DNA of 64,000 nt from Planctomycetota bacterium (GCA_016179685.1 JACPCR010000061.1:28336-92335); one strand, 5' to 3'. Counted from the stretch's first letter, positions 19,234-29,661 are shown. The notes: generated by a model not told the origin, from the letters alone. Made by a program: numbers and translations.

Positions 19234-22200
19234 AAGCACAGCGGAGCGTGCTCGTGGCCCATTACGCCGGGTTGGCGCTACTGGGTGGACTTTCCCTGGC
19301 CGCCGCGGAGTCGCTCGCTATTCCTCTGCCTGCAAACTTCGTCATCCGGGGAAACCTGGAATTCTCCGGCCGGACCGCCTCCCCGGCCCACCTGGAATTC
19401 CAGACGGGATCAAACTGCATCGTCCGGATCAGCCTGGCCAGGGATCAGGTCATCCTCGAAGCCGAGCAGCCCCCCCAGAAAACCCACCTCGGCGCGGCCC
19501 GACTGGCCAGCCCGCGCCCCAAGAAATGCACCTTCACCGTCTGCCGTGACGGCGAAGCCCTGGCCTTCCTTTCGCCCGGTTATGCAACGGGGCGGTGGCG
19601 ACTGCCCGGCCCCGAGGCGCCGGAGACGCTCCCCACGCCCGAAGTCGGCACTCGCCCAGCAGAGGAAGAAACGTGGAATCTGATCGTCCGAGAAGGCGCC
19701 GGCGTCCGCATCGCCGACCTTCGCCTCCAGCCCACTACCCCGGTGGAATTTTCGGACGATTTCATGAGATCGGACGAAGGGTCGGGAACCTGGAATCCGC
19801 TCCGGGGCCTGTGGGCTCTGGATGAGATTCCTTATCCCACCTGGAGCGCCAGCCCCTTCCGCTTGAAGGGAACGGGGCCCGGCGTGGCCCTCACCACCTC
19901 GGGTTTCTGGTTCTGGCACGATTATGCCATGCGATGCGCCGTCCGGCCGGGCGGGGACAGCCTGGGCTGCGGGATAGCGCTCTACGCCCAGGGCCCGAGC
20001 GACATGATCCTTTTCCGCTGGAAACGCCGGAATCCTCGCGAGGAGGACGAGCCGCGGCACGTCCAGGGCGCCCTCGAGCTGCTCCTTGTCCACGACGGCG
20101 AGGAAAGACTTCTGGCTTCCCAGGAAGCGTGGCTCGACCCTTCTCAGTGGTATGAGCTTGCTGCCGGCGTGTGCGAGGGCCAGGTCTGCGCCTTCGTGGA
20201 TGGAATCCGCCTGTTCCAGGTCTCCTGCCCAGAAGCGACCCTCGGCGGCATCGGGCTCTGGGCCCTTGACGGGGCCCTCTTTGATGACGTCGAGGCCAAG
20301 AGCTTCTCCCCCGGACTGCTGGCCGCCCCGAAAAACGATCCGGATGAATTCCTCGAGCGCCTCTTCGGGCACCGCCGCGTGGTCGTTGGCGAGCGATTCG
20401 CTCGCGATGCCTTGATGCAGGAATGGGCCAACGCCCAGGGAGAATGGGTGTCCCGGCCCGATCCCCGCGGGCAGCTCCTCTGGCACATCGGCCTCTTCGG
20501 GCCCCGCGTGCGACTCCGCTGGGACTGCTCGTGGAAGCCCGGCGCAATCCCGGACCCGGTCCTGTGGGCGATGACAACGGACGGCCGGGACCTCTCGAGC
20601 GGATACCTGCTGCGCCTGGGGCCTGAAACCCTGCTCCTGCGGGGGGACCGGACGCTCGGCCGCGGGACCTTGCCGGCACAGATCGAGTCCCTGGAATGGA
20701 CACGCCAGGATGGACGCCATACCCTCCGGGCCAATGGGCAGACCGTCCTTTCCGCCGAGGACGCCGAGCCTGCCGGAGCGGGAAAGGTCGGCCTCCTTCT
20801 CCCGGGCACGAGCGGGCTCATCCTGGATGCTGGCCGGCTGACGGCGGACTCTCCCGCCTGCCACGACACCACCTTCGGCACCGCACCGGTGGACTGGCGG
20901 GCCGCCGCGGGCGTGTGGGACATCACGTCCCGCTGGATTTGTACGCCGAAGTGGTCCTGGTTCGGCGGCCTCAGCCACGAGGCCGCGGTCATCTGGAGCA
21001 AACGGGCGTTCCTGGGCGACCAGGTCATCGACCTCCACAGCGCGGTCATGATGGACTTCGGGGCGGCAGGCGGATACCGCCGTCTCGGTGACATCAACCT
21101 GAGCTTCTGCGCGGACGGGGCCAGCCTGGGCAGCGGCTATACCCTCATGTATGGAGGCTTCAACAACACGAGGACATGCCTCTGGCGGCAGGGAGAGGTC
21201 GTAGCCGAGCGATCGGACCGCCTCTATCCCGACAAGAGCCGGGGCGCACACAAGAACTGGTACAACCTGCGTGCGGAGAAAATGGGACCCTCCGTCCGCT
21301 TCTACCTCGCCGATGAATTGATCCTGGAGTATCGCGATCCCCAACCCCTTCCCGGCGGCCACGTCGCCCTCTGGACCTGGGACGGCGGCATGATGATCCC
21401 TCGGGTGCGCATCTACGCCGAGTCGGAGATGACCCCGCCTCGCGAGACCCTCTTCGCCGCTCCCGACGCGTCGCCCGGCTCGGCCGACGAATACCGGAGC
21501 CGGGAGGCCCGGATACGGGATGAAACCGGCCGCGCCTGCCTCCGGTTCGTCAATCCCCAGTCCGGCGGAGATTTCTCCTCGGCCTTGCCGATCGGCGAGT
21601 TCGACGCCTTGAAGACGGGCGTCCTGTCCTTCGACTACCGGATTCCAGCGGAGGCGCGGCTGCATCTCTACCTCGAAGCGAACGGCCGCGATTTCTACGT
21701 CGCTCTCAACGGACCCGAAACGCCGTCGGAACACGCTATCCGGCAGGCGACCGAGGTCTCGGGCAGGCGCATCAACGTCTCTGCCCTCACGGGCCGCGTG
21801 CGCCGTCCCGCCCGGCTCGCCTCGCTCCCCATCTCCGCCGACGATTGCTGGCATCACGCCGAGATCGAGCTTGCAGACCTGCTGCGCCCGTTCTTCCCCA
21901 GAGCATCCGCCATCCGAGTTCGCGGCGTCCATCTTGCCAACTGGTGCAACGCGGATTACCTCATGTGCGGCCTCACCGGCAATCCCGCAGGCTGCACCCT
22001 GTTCCTGGATGATGTCCGATGCCGCCGAGGAGCATCCGCCGCGGTCGCCGGGGCCGCCGGGGCCGCGGCGGCCCCGGAGCCTTCCGATTCCTACGAGGCC
22101 GATTCCGGCCTGTGGTATCCCGCAGAGGAATCCCCACCGTTCAAGATGTTCCTGGATGCGGCCCCAGAGCGTGAACGCGAGCGCGCCCTCCGGATTGAAG

Positions 22201-23636
22201 CCGGGGCGCTCGGATTCAAGGCCGTCCTTCTGGACCGCCGCTTCGATATCCGCAGGCATCCGACCCTCTGCCTGGACTATCGCGCAGAGCAACCTCTGGG
22301 CCTCTCACTCGCTGTACGGGTCGGCGGACAGTGGCAGCCCCTCGCGGCCGCATCCGCCCTCGGACTCGCCCTCGACGGCCAGTGGCACTCCGCGCAAATC
22401 AACCTGTCGAACTGGCTCGCCCGACGAAACGCCGCCCGGTTGCCGATCATCGAGGCCATCGGCCTGGCCGCTACGCCGAAGGAAAGCCCCGAGGAGACCG
22501 CCCTTTGGGTTGATAACCTGAGCCTTCCGGCCCAGGCCTTCCCCGCAGATACAGCGCCGCCGTCCATCGTTGCACGCACGCCCGGGCCGGAAGCTGACGC
22601 CGCTGCCCAGACGATCCAGTTCGAAATCCGGGACGAGGATAGCGGGCCGGACCTCGCCTCGCTGCGCATCGAGGTCGAAGGCCGCGTCTTCGACCTCAGC
22701 CATCCGGATGCGACCTATAAGCCGCTGGCTGGCAAGGAGGCGCTGCGCGGCGGCATCTTCTCCGTCCTGCTGAGACAACCCCCTGTGGACCGGAAAAAAA
22801 TTCGCTGCGGCATCCAGGCCAGGGACCGCGCTGGGCACGACCTGCCCGCGCCCGAGGAATGGACATGGACCATGGATTACCGGCAGGACGGGCAGCCGCC
22901 GCCAGCCCCGTTCGTCTCCTACCTGCCGAGCAGGCGCATGACCTGGGACGACTTCGAGAACACCATGGGGGAATGGAGCAGCCGCTCGGGCGCAGTGATG
23001 GAGCGAACGACCGCCAGCGCCGCCACGGGCCTGCACAGCCTCGAAGTCCGAAGCGGGAGCGCCTTTGCCGTCTATACCCCCTTTGACGCCAGCAAGTTCC
23101 CCGTCGTCCGCTTCGACTATTGCCTGAAGCCCGGCGCGAGCTTCGATTGGCTCGTCCGGATCGATAACACGAACTGGCAAATCCGGTGCGGGCCTGGCCG
23201 GCCGAGGGCGGACGTCCTCTCCGTGGTCCCCGGCATCGTGAGCGACGGGCAATGGCATCGGGCCGAGTTCGACCTGCTCGCTTGCCTGGAGAAACGGCCC
23301 GACCCGGGCGTCGATTTCATCGTCGAGCACCTGGCCACGCAGCACAGGGGAAACGCCGGATGCTGGCTCGACAACTTTACCCTGAGCGCCCGAGGTGAAA
23401 CCGAGCCTTTGTTCCAGTGGTCCCGGCCGGTGGACGCGACGGGAATTCGGGGCTACAGCTTCGTGCTGGACGAATCCGCGGACACCCTTCCCGACGAGGT
23501 CCTGGATACCAAGGAAACCAGCCATGCCTTCAAAGGGTTGAAGCCCGGGTCCCATGTCCTCCACGTGCGGGCGTGCGATGGCGCGGGCAACTGGGGACCG
23601 GCTGGACACGCGCAGGTGGAGGTGGTCAGGAATTAG
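19230..23636 (+). CDS. giant secreted hypothetical protein (1468 aa) with C-terminal fibronectin-III-like domain
   Basis: Signal peptide MKAQRSVLVAHYAGLALLGGLSLAAA. Start overlaps the folC stop (ATGA). Beta-rich Trp/Gly-rich composition. C-terminal IRGYSFVLDESADTLPDE...LKPGSHVLHVRACDGAGNWG resembles fn3. Confidence 0.7.
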   Translation: MKAQRSVLVAHYAGLALLGGLSLAAAESLAIPLPANFVIRGNLEFSGRTASPAHLEFQTGSNCIVRISLARDQVILEAEQPPQKTHLGAARLASPRPKKCTFTVCRDGEALAFLSPGYATGRWRLPGPEAPETLPTPEVGTRPAEEETWNLIVREGAGVRIADLRLQPTTPVEFSDDFMRSDEGSGTWNPLRGLWALDEIPYPTWSASPFRLKGTGPGVALTTSGFWFWHDYAMRCAVRPGGDSLGCGIALYAQGPSDMILFRWKRRNPREEDEPRHVQGALELLLVHDGEERLLASQEAWLDPSQWYELAAGVCEGQVCAFVDGIRLFQVSCPEATLGGIGLWALDGALFDDVEAKSFSPGLLAAPKNDPDEFLERLFGHRRVVVGERFARDALMQEWANAQGEWVSRPDPRGQLLWHIGLFGPRVRLRWDCSWKPGAIPDPVLWAMTTDGRDLSSGYLLRLGPETLLLRGDRTLGRGTLPAQIESLEWTRQDGRHTLRANGQTVLSAEDAEPAGAGKVGLLLPGTSGLILDAGRLTADSPACHDTTFGTAPVDWRAAAGVWDITSRWICTPKWSWFGGLSHEAAVIWSKRAFLGDQVIDLHSAVMMDFGAAGGYRRLGDINLSFCADGASLGSGYTLMYGGFNNTRTCLWRQGEVVAERSDRLYPDKSRGAHKNWYNLRAEKMGPSVRFYLADELILEYRDPQPLPGGHVALWTWDGGMMIPRVRIYAESEMTPPRETLFAAPDASPGSADEYRSREARIRDETGRACLRFVNPQSGGDFSSALPIGEFDALKTGVLSFDYRIPAEARLHLYLEANGRDFYVALNGPETPSEHAIRQATEVSGRRINVSALTGRVRRPARLASLPISADDCWHHAEIELADLLRPFFPRASAIRVRGVHLANWCNADYLMCGLTGNPAGCTLFLDDVRCRRGASAAVAGAAGAAAAPEPSDSYEADSGLWYPAEESPPFKMFLDAAPERERERALRIEAGALGFKAVLLDRRFDIRRHPTLCLDYRAEQPLGLSLAVRVGGQWQPLAAASALGLALDGQWHSAQINLSNWLARRNAARLPIIEAIGLAATPKESPEETALWVDNLSLPAQAFPADTAPPSIVARTPGPEADAAAQTIQFEIRDEDSGPDLASLRIEVEGRVFDLSHPDATYKPLAGKEALRGGIFSVLLRQPPVDRKKIRCGIQARDRAGHDLPAPEEWTWTMDYRQDGQPPPAPFVSYLPSRRMTWDDFENTMGEWSSRSGAVMERTTASAATGLHSLEVRSGSAFAVYTPFDASKFPVVRFDYCLKPGASFDWLVRIDNTNWQIRCGPGRPRADVLSVVPGIVSDGQWHRAEFDLLACLEKRPDPGVDFIVEHLATQHRGNAGCWLDNFTLSARGETEPLFQWSRPVDATGIRGYSFVLDESADTLPDEVLDTKETSHAFKGLKPGSHVLHVRACDGAGNWGPAGHAQVEVVRN

Positions 23637-23700
23637 GAGAGCGCTGCCTCAAACCGGCTCGTTCTCCGGATTGAAGCGCTTCCACACTTCCGAGAAGCAT

Positions 23701-24462
23701 ATGGCAAGAGTCCATGATCCTGGGAAGAAGAAACGGAGCACGGCACGAAGAGTTGCCAGGACGGTGAGAACTCGGCCGGTAGGATCGAAACCTGCCCCCA
23801 CCGGCGCACGCGGGAAGAACGCGGCAAGAATCCGAGGCATCGCTGAGGGACTCCGCCATCTCTACCCGGACGCCACCTGCGAGCTGCGCCACGATAACCC
23901 GCTCCAGCTCCTCGTCGCGACCATACTTTCGGCCCAATCCACTGACAAGAGGGTCAACCAAGTGACCGAAACGCTTTTCGCCCGTTATCAGACTGCGGAG
24001 GACTATGCACGGGCCGACCCTGCTGAGTTCGAACAGGAAATCCGGTCCACAGGCTTCTACCGCAATAAGACCCGAAGCGTGTTGGGCGCTGCTCGCCGCC
24101 TCGTCGAGGGTTACGGTGGCCGTGTGCCGGAAACGATGGAAGAGCTTCTGACGCTGCCGGGAGTAGCACGAAAGACGGCGAACGTCGTGCTGGGCACGGC
24201 CTTCAGCAAGCCGGCCGGCGTCGTCGTGGATACCCATGTCAAGCGCTTGGCCTGGCGTCTGGGCCTCTCGAACGAGAAGGTCCCGGAGAAAATCGAGCGG
24301 GACCTCATGGAGCGATTTCCCGTGAACGAATGGATTTTCATGGGGCATGCCCTGATCTGGCACGGTCGGAGGGTCTGTCATGCCCGTATGCCCAAATGTG
24401 GACAATGTGCCTTGGCGGGCGTGTGTCTGAAGCGCGGACTGGGGATGTCGATGAAGAGGTAA
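23701..24462 (+). CDS. nth: endonuclease III (DNA-(apurinic or apyrimidinic site) lyase)
   Basis: HhH-GPD motif LPGVARKTANVVLG with the D of VVDTHVKR, and the 4Fe-4S cluster CHARMPKCGQCALAGVC. ATG at 23701. Confidence 0.9.
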   Translation: MARVHDPGKKKRSTARRVARTVRTRPVGSKPAPTGARGKNAARIRGIAEGLRHLYPDATCELRHDNPLQLLVATILSAQSTDKRVNQVTETLFARYQTAEDYARADPAEFEQEIRSTGFYRNKTRSVLGAARRLVEGYGGRVPETMEELLTLPGVARKTANVVLGTAFSKPAGVVVDTHVKRLAWRLGLSNEKVPEKIERDLMERFPVNEWIFMGHALIWHGRRVCHARMPKCGQCALAGVCLKRGLGMSMKR

Positions 24463-24938
24463 ATGGCTGTATGCCCGTCTTCAATGACCCTCATCATTTC
24501 AATTTGACAGAAGGTATCGAAATTTAATGATATGGCAGTCGCCGCCACGGCTCGTTGTCTGGATTACGGTGTTCTGGTCAGCGACCGCGACGAGGCGCTT
24601 TTTAGATCCGTAGCCGGTCTCGAAGTCGTCAAGTTGGGTTAGACCGTCGCAGGCGTATACCCCCGGGACTTCCCGGCACGGCGGAGCAAGGTAACTGCTG
24701 AGTGGTCGTCACCGGAGGCCTGTTTCTGTGAGTCCCGAAGGGACGTCCGAAATGAGCCCAGGGCACCAGTTCGCCGAAGCCCCGCGAAGGCGAACGCAGC
24801 CCTGGGAAGGGAAGCGCATCAACCACAAGAGTCCCGTAGGGACGACAGAAGTTTTCGCTAAGGAGTTACGGAGCAAGAGCCTCATCATTTCAACCGGTAT
24901 GCCGCAGCGAGAGGCGCGACTGAATCTGAGTGACTCAC

Positions 24939-24967
24939 GTGACGGTGTCGAGTCGCTCCGGTATAAT
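24939..24967 (+). promoter_or_regulatory. candidate promoter (gtgacg-N17-TATAAT) upstream of the MBL-fold gene, overlapping a palindrome
   Basis: Perfect tataat at 24962-24967. A -35-like gtgacg lies 17 nt upstream. The gtgactcacgtgac palindrome is adjacent and may be an operator. Confidence 0.35.
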
Positions 24968-25032
24968 GTGTATGTGAACCACAAAGTGACCGCTCGCATG
25001 CACTCTCGACTCCTGAAGTTGGCGAAAGCTCA

Positions 25033-25809
25033 TTGAAGATCACCATCCTGGGTTCTGGGACTTCGCACGGGGTGCCGATGATCGGCTGTTACTGCCCCGT
25101 CTGCACCTCCTCGAACCCCCAGAACCGGCGATTCCGTCCCTCCGTCCTGGTCAGCCAGGGGGAGCGGAACATCTTGGTCGACGCTGGCCCGGACATCCGC
25201 TTGCAGGCCATCACCTTCCGCGTGAACCATCTAGATGCCGTGATGTTCACTCATTCCCATGCGGACCACATTCTTGGCGTCGATGACCTCCGGCTCTACA
25301 ATTACCGGAGCGGCAAGAAGCTGCCCTGCTACGCCGACGCCGCAACTTTGAAAAGGCTCGCCACGGTCTTCGATTACGCGTTCGACGACCGAGTAACCGA
25401 GCAGAGCCGGCCGATGCTCCTCCCGGTTGAAATTCAGGGTCGGTTCGACCTTTTTGGACTCTCGGTGTCGCCTTTGGAGCTTTATCACGGGAAGCTCCAA
25501 ATCTTGGGATTCCTGTTCGAGGATGCGGCCGGCCATCGGTTCGGCTACGCTACGGATTGCAGTTTCGTCCCGGCCCAGGCCGAGGAGCGACTGCGAGGAG
25601 TCGATTTGCTCGTCCTGGATGCCCTGCGCTATGATCCTCATCCGACGCACTTCAGCCTGGCGCAGGCCGTCGAGGTGGCCCGTAAACTGTCGCCCCGGCA
25701 AACCTTATTCACCCATATCACGCACCAGCTCGAACAGGGGACCGTCAATGCCAGCCTCCCGCCCGAGATTCAGCTTGCCTTTGACGGGCAGGTGATCGAT
25801 TTCCCATGA
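25033..25809 (+). CDS. MBL-fold metallo-hydrolase, PhnP-like
   Basis: ILGSGTSHGVP, Cys cluster GCYCPVC, and HxHxDH (FTHSHADHILG). The track start is TTG at 25033, so the exact start is uncertain. Confidence 0.7.
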   Translation: MKITILGSGTSHGVPMIGCYCPVCTSSNPQNRRFRPSVLVSQGERNILVDAGPDIRLQAITFRVNHLDAVMFTHSHADHILGVDDLRLYNYRSGKKLPCYADAATLKRLATVFDYAFDDRVTEQSRPMLLPVEIQGRFDLFGLSVSPLELYHGKLQILGFLFEDAAGHRFGYATDCSFVPAQAEERLRGVDLLVLDALRYDPHPTHFSLAQAVEVARKLSPRQTLFTHITHQLEQGTVNASLPPEIQLAFDGQVIDFP

Positions 25810-25938
25810 GTCCGCGGCGGCGGCAGCGCGGGGGAGACTCTTGCAGCAGCCGAGGCAGCCGCTGGATGTCTCGCCCGGCAAGAAGGTGGGGAGGCTGGCC
25901 CCGCCGAATGGGTGGCCAATCCAGAGGTCTGAACGGTC

Positions 25939-28704
25939 ATGCTGGCCGACATTCTTCATCGTGAAATCCTTCCGAGGGTGGAGAAGCCCAGCCGTTACCT
26001 CGGCACGGAGCTGAATACGGTCCGTAAGGACCCTGCCTGCGTGGATTTCCGGATTTGCCTGGCTTTTCCCGACAGCTACGACATCGGCCTGGGCAACCTC
26101 GGGCTGCAGATTCTTTACCACATTCTGAACCGGCAGCCGCGTGTCTGGGCTGAACGCGTTTATGCGCCGGGCCTGGACATGGAGGCGCAGCTCCGCCGAC
26201 GTGGCCTGCCCCTCTTCAGCCTGGAGAGCCGGACGCCGCTCGACCAGTTCGACGCCATCGGTTTCACGCTCCAGTGGGAGCTGACCTACACGAACATTTT
26301 GAATCTGATCGATATGGCTGGCCTTCCCGTGCTCGCCCGGGAACGGGACGAGCGCCATCCCGTTCTTCTGGCAGGCGGGCCTTGCGTGTTCAATCCCGAA
26401 CCTTTATGCGATTTCATGGATGCCTTCGTCATGGGCGATGGCGAAGAGGTTGTACTCGAGGTCGCCGAGGCCCTTGTCGATGCCAAGGGAAGCAGCCGCG
26501 GCGCGCAGCTCGAACGACTCGCTCGAATTCCCGGCGTCTATGTGCCCGCCCTCTACCCCATGCGCCCAACGGAGGATGGGTCGCTCATCATGCCGGAGGA
26601 CGCCCGCCCCATCGTCAAGCGCACGGTCGCCGCCCTGGACACGGCCGCGTTCCCCACGGAATACATCGTCCCCTACACCCGACAGATTCACGACCGCGTC
26701 AGCCTCGAAGTCCTCCGCGGCTGCACGCAGGGCTGCCGGTTCTGCCAGGCGGGCATGGTCACGCGGCCCGTCCGCGAGCGCACGCTTCCGGATCTCGACC
26801 GGCTCATGGAGGAGACCATGCGGAAGACCGGTTACGAGGAAATCTCGCTGGTGAGCCTCAGCACCTGCGACTACAGCCAGGTCAAGACGCTGGTCCAGCA
26901 GAGCGTGGCGAGGGCCGTTCCGGAAGGGGTTTCCGTCTCGCTCCCTTCGCTGCGTCTCGATTCCTTTTCCGTCGAGATGGCGGACATGATCTCGGTGATG
27001 GGAAAAAGCGGGCTGACCTTCGCGCCCGAGGCGGCGACGAACCGGATGAGGGCGGTCATCAACAAGTGGATACCGGACGAAGACCTGCTGGAGATGGCCC
27101 GGGAGGCCTATGAGCGCGGCTGGGACCACATCAAGCTCTACTTCATGATCGGATTGCCGACGGAGCGGGAGGAGGACGTTCTGGCCATCGCCGACCTGGC
27201 CAACCGGGTCCTCGGGGTGGGCAAGTCAGTCCTGCGCAAGGCGCGGCTGAACCTGGGGGTCTCCACCTTCTGCCCGAAGCCGCACACGCCATTCCAGTGG
27301 GATCGGCAGATTCTCCTGGAGGAGACGGAAGCGAAGCAGGACCTGTTGATGCGAGGTCTTCGGCCGGGTATCAAATTTGGACGGCACGACGCCCGGGAGA
27401 GCTTTCTCGAGGGGGTGCTCTCTCGGGGTGATCGGCGGACGGGCCGGCTGCTCCTCGAAGCGCACCGTCTGGGTTGCCGCTTCGACGGCTGGCGTGAGCA
27501 CCTCGACTGGTCGAAGTGGCAGGAAGCTTTCCGCCGCTGGGGCTTCGACGCGGCGGACCAGCTTCGGGCCCGCCGGCTCTCCGAGCCTCTGCCCTGGGAT
27601 CACATCGATAGCCTTGTCCCGAAGAGCTGGCTCATAGCGGACTACTGGCGATCCCGCGGTCTCGTGTGGCAGGGCGACTGCCGCCATGCTCGTTGCAATC
27701 AATGCGGCGTCATCGACCGAGAAAAAGACCTCTGCGTATCCATGTTGCGGAAGAGCCACAAGGACCGGAAGGCCGAGAATGCCCGCCAGTTCCCGCGGAT
27801 CGAGCGGCCGCCAGAACCCCCGCCAGCCGCCAGGTTGCGCCTCCGCTTCGCACGCCGCGGGCTCGTCCGGCTGCTCTCTCACCTTGAAATGATGAACATG
27901 TTCCTCCGGGCCATCCGGCGCGCTCGATTGCCGGTCAGCTACACCCAAGGTTTCAACCCTGGCCCCAGGGTGGCCTTCAGTTGTGCCCTTCCGGTAGGCC
28001 TCGAAACCGAGGGCGACTACATGGACATCCACCTCCGGGCAGCGGTGCCGCCTGAAGAGGCCCGGGAGCGGCTCAACGCTGTATTGCCGGAGGGCTTTGA
28101 AATTCTCCGGGCAGCGGAGGTGCCACTGAGAAGTCCCGCGCTCATGGCGGTCGTCGCGGGCGAGCGATACCTCGCCCGCATCGAGGGGCCCGTCCGACGG
28201 AGCCCGGAGGCGCTGGCGGACGCCGCCCCTGAAGTGGAAGGGGAAGGAGGTGGCAGCGCGGCCGGCGCGGCGGCATGTCCATCGAAAGACCTTCTCGATA
28301 GGATTCTGGGCGCTGCCAGGTGCATGAAAAGCCGGGATGCCCTCTGGGTGGACAAGGAAAGCAAGAGAGGGAGAGTCCGCCGGGAAAATCTCCTCGGATC
28401 GATCGAAGAAATTCGGGCCATTCGGGAGAGCTCGGGGCGCCTGGCCGTTGAAATGCTCCTGCTCAAGCAAGGCGAGACCAAGGCGAGTGCGAGGCAGGTC
28501 CTCACCGCCCTCGCGCCTGAAATCGCTTTCGAGGACTGGCGCATCGTCAAGCTCGAAACCTATGTTCGCACTCCCTCCGGCCTGGCGGGCCCCATCGATG
28601 CGCCGGACGCGCTCCGGCCCGGCGGGCCCGGCCCGGCCATCGTGCCGGATTCGTCCGGCACGGAATCCCATCCGGCGCAGCCCGCCTCCCTTTCAGCTCG
28701 GTAA
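25939..28704 (+). CDS. radical SAM enzyme with B12-binding-like N-domain fused to a DUF2344-type C-domain (TIGR03960/TIGR03936-like fusion)
   Basis: CxxxCxxC (LRGCTQGCRFCQAG) about 250 aa in, preceded by a Rossmann-like B12-binding-type domain. C-terminal about 300 aa matches the radical-SAM-linked DUF2344 pattern. 921 aa. Confidence 0.75.
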   Translation: MLADILHREILPRVEKPSRYLGTELNTVRKDPACVDFRICLAFPDSYDIGLGNLGLQILYHILNRQPRVWAERVYAPGLDMEAQLRRRGLPLFSLESRTPLDQFDAIGFTLQWELTYTNILNLIDMAGLPVLARERDERHPVLLAGGPCVFNPEPLCDFMDAFVMGDGEEVVLEVAEALVDAKGSSRGAQLERLARIPGVYVPALYPMRPTEDGSLIMPEDARPIVKRTVAALDTAAFPTEYIVPYTRQIHDRVSLEVLRGCTQGCRFCQAGMVTRPVRERTLPDLDRLMEETMRKTGYEEISLVSLSTCDYSQVKTLVQQSVARAVPEGVSVSLPSLRLDSFSVEMADMISVMGKSGLTFAPEAATNRMRAVINKWIPDEDLLEMAREAYERGWDHIKLYFMIGLPTEREEDVLAIADLANRVLGVGKSVLRKARLNLGVSTFCPKPHTPFQWDRQILLEETEAKQDLLMRGLRPGIKFGRHDARESFLEGVLSRGDRRTGRLLLEAHRLGCRFDGWREHLDWSKWQEAFRRWGFDAADQLRARRLSEPLPWDHIDSLVPKSWLIADYWRSRGLVWQGDCRHARCNQCGVIDREKDLCVSMLRKSHKDRKAENARQFPRIERPPEPPPAARLRLRFARRGLVRLLSHLEMMNMFLRAIRRARLPVSYTQGFNPGPRVAFSCALPVGLETEGDYMDIHLRAAVPPEEARERLNAVLPEGFEILRAAEVPLRSPALMAVVAGERYLARIEGPVRRSPEALADAAPEVEGEGGGSAAGAAACPSKDLLDRILGAARCMKSRDALWVDKESKRGRVRRENLLGSIEEIRAIRESSGRLAVEMLLLKQGETKASARQVLTALAPEIAFEDWRIVKLETYVRTPSGLAGPIDAPDALRPGGPGPAIVPDSSGTESHPAQPASLSAR

Positions 28705-28713
28705 GCCGCGATC

Positions 28714-29661
28714 ATGAGCCGAACTTTGAAGCTTCCATTACTGCAACCGGAGAGGGACCTGTCGCGCGAGCGCAAGCCGGACTGGCTTCGCGTGCGTTTT
28801 CCGGGCGGCGGGGAGTATCCGCGCCTGGCCAGTCTCTTCACACGCCTCAGGCTGCACACCGTCTGCGAGAGCGCCCATTGTCCGAACATGGGCGAGTGCT
28901 GGGCACACGGCACGGCCACCTTCATGATCCTCGGAAACGTGTGTACCCGAAGTTGTGGCTTCTGCGCTGTTCCGACGGGCAGGCCGCAGGGGCTCGATCT
29001 CGGAGAGCCTGCCCGCGTCGGCGAGGCCGTCGAGAGCCTCCGTCTCGACTACGTGGTCATCACGTCCGTGAATCGCGACGAGCTTCCTGACGGAGGCGCC
29101 AGCCTCTTCGCCGCCACGGTCCGGGAAATTCGACGCCGTTGCTCCCAGACCCGCGTCGAGCTGCTGATTCCCGACTTCATGGGCAACGCGCAGGCGCTCG
29201 CCGAGGTGATCGAAGCTGCGCCGGACGTGCTCAATCACAACCTGGAAACGGTCCCGCGGCTCTACCCCTGGATGCGCCCCCAGGCCAAGTTCACCCGGTC
29301 ACTCGAACTGCTGCGCCGGGCCAAGGCCATGGCCCCTGGCCTGCCGTCCAAGTCCGGATTCATGGTCGGAGCCGGCGAGGCCATGAAGGAGCTCCTCGAT
29401 GCCATGGGACAGGTCGCCGACACCGGCTGCGATATCCTGACCATCGGCCAGTACCTCCGGCCGACGAAGGAACACCATCCGGTCTTCAAGTATTACCACC
29501 CGGACGAATTCGACGAGATCAGGCGGCGGGGACTCGCCATGGGTTTCCGACACGTCGAATCTGGGCCCCTGGTCCGCAGTTCCTACCATGCCTGGGAACA
29601 GGCGAAAGCCATGGAAAATTCAGACCCGCGGATTCCCTGTCCCGGGAGGCCGACGGTCTGA
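28714..29661 (+). CDS. lipA: lipoyl synthase
   Basis: CESAHCPNMGEC, then the radical-SAM CTRSCGFC, and conserved FMVGAGE and SGPLVRSSYHA. Confidence 0.92.
   Translation: MSRTLKLPLLQPERDLSRERKPDWLRVRFPGGGEYPRLASLFTRLRLHTVCESAHCPNMGECWAHGTATFMILGNVCTRSCGFCAVPTGRPQGLDLGEPARVGEAVESLRLDYVVITSVNRDELPDGGASLFAATVREIRRRCSQTRVELLIPDFMGNAQALAEVIEAAPDVLNHNLETVPRLYPWMRPQAKFTRSLELLRRAKAMAPGLPSKSGFMVGAGEAMKELLDAMGQVADTGCDILTIGQYLRPTKEHHPVFKYYHPDEFDEIRRRGLAMGFRHVESGPLVRSSYHAWEQAKAMENSDPRIPCPGRPTV

Noticed and set aside
19410-22292. 960-aa minus-strand ORF antisense to the giant + strand gene. Similar long antisense or alternate-frame ORFs occur at 7165-9108(-), 13692-16112(-), 12206-13672(-), 22305-23609(-), 51970-54627(-), 3467-5305(+), 39333-40484(+), 41244-42626(+), 42995-44122(+) and 10928-12010(+).
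   Set aside because: All are extremely Arg/Gly/Pro/Ala-rich with no motifs. This is the expected stop-codon-poor shadow of real genes in about 68% GC DNA. The overlapping partner ORF carries the recognisable domains in every case.
24728-25036. 102-aa ORF inside the lower-GC noncoding gap.
   Set aside because: No RBS, no motif, and it overlaps the predicted promoter of the downstream gene. Kept only as a possibility under the ncRNA/leader finding.
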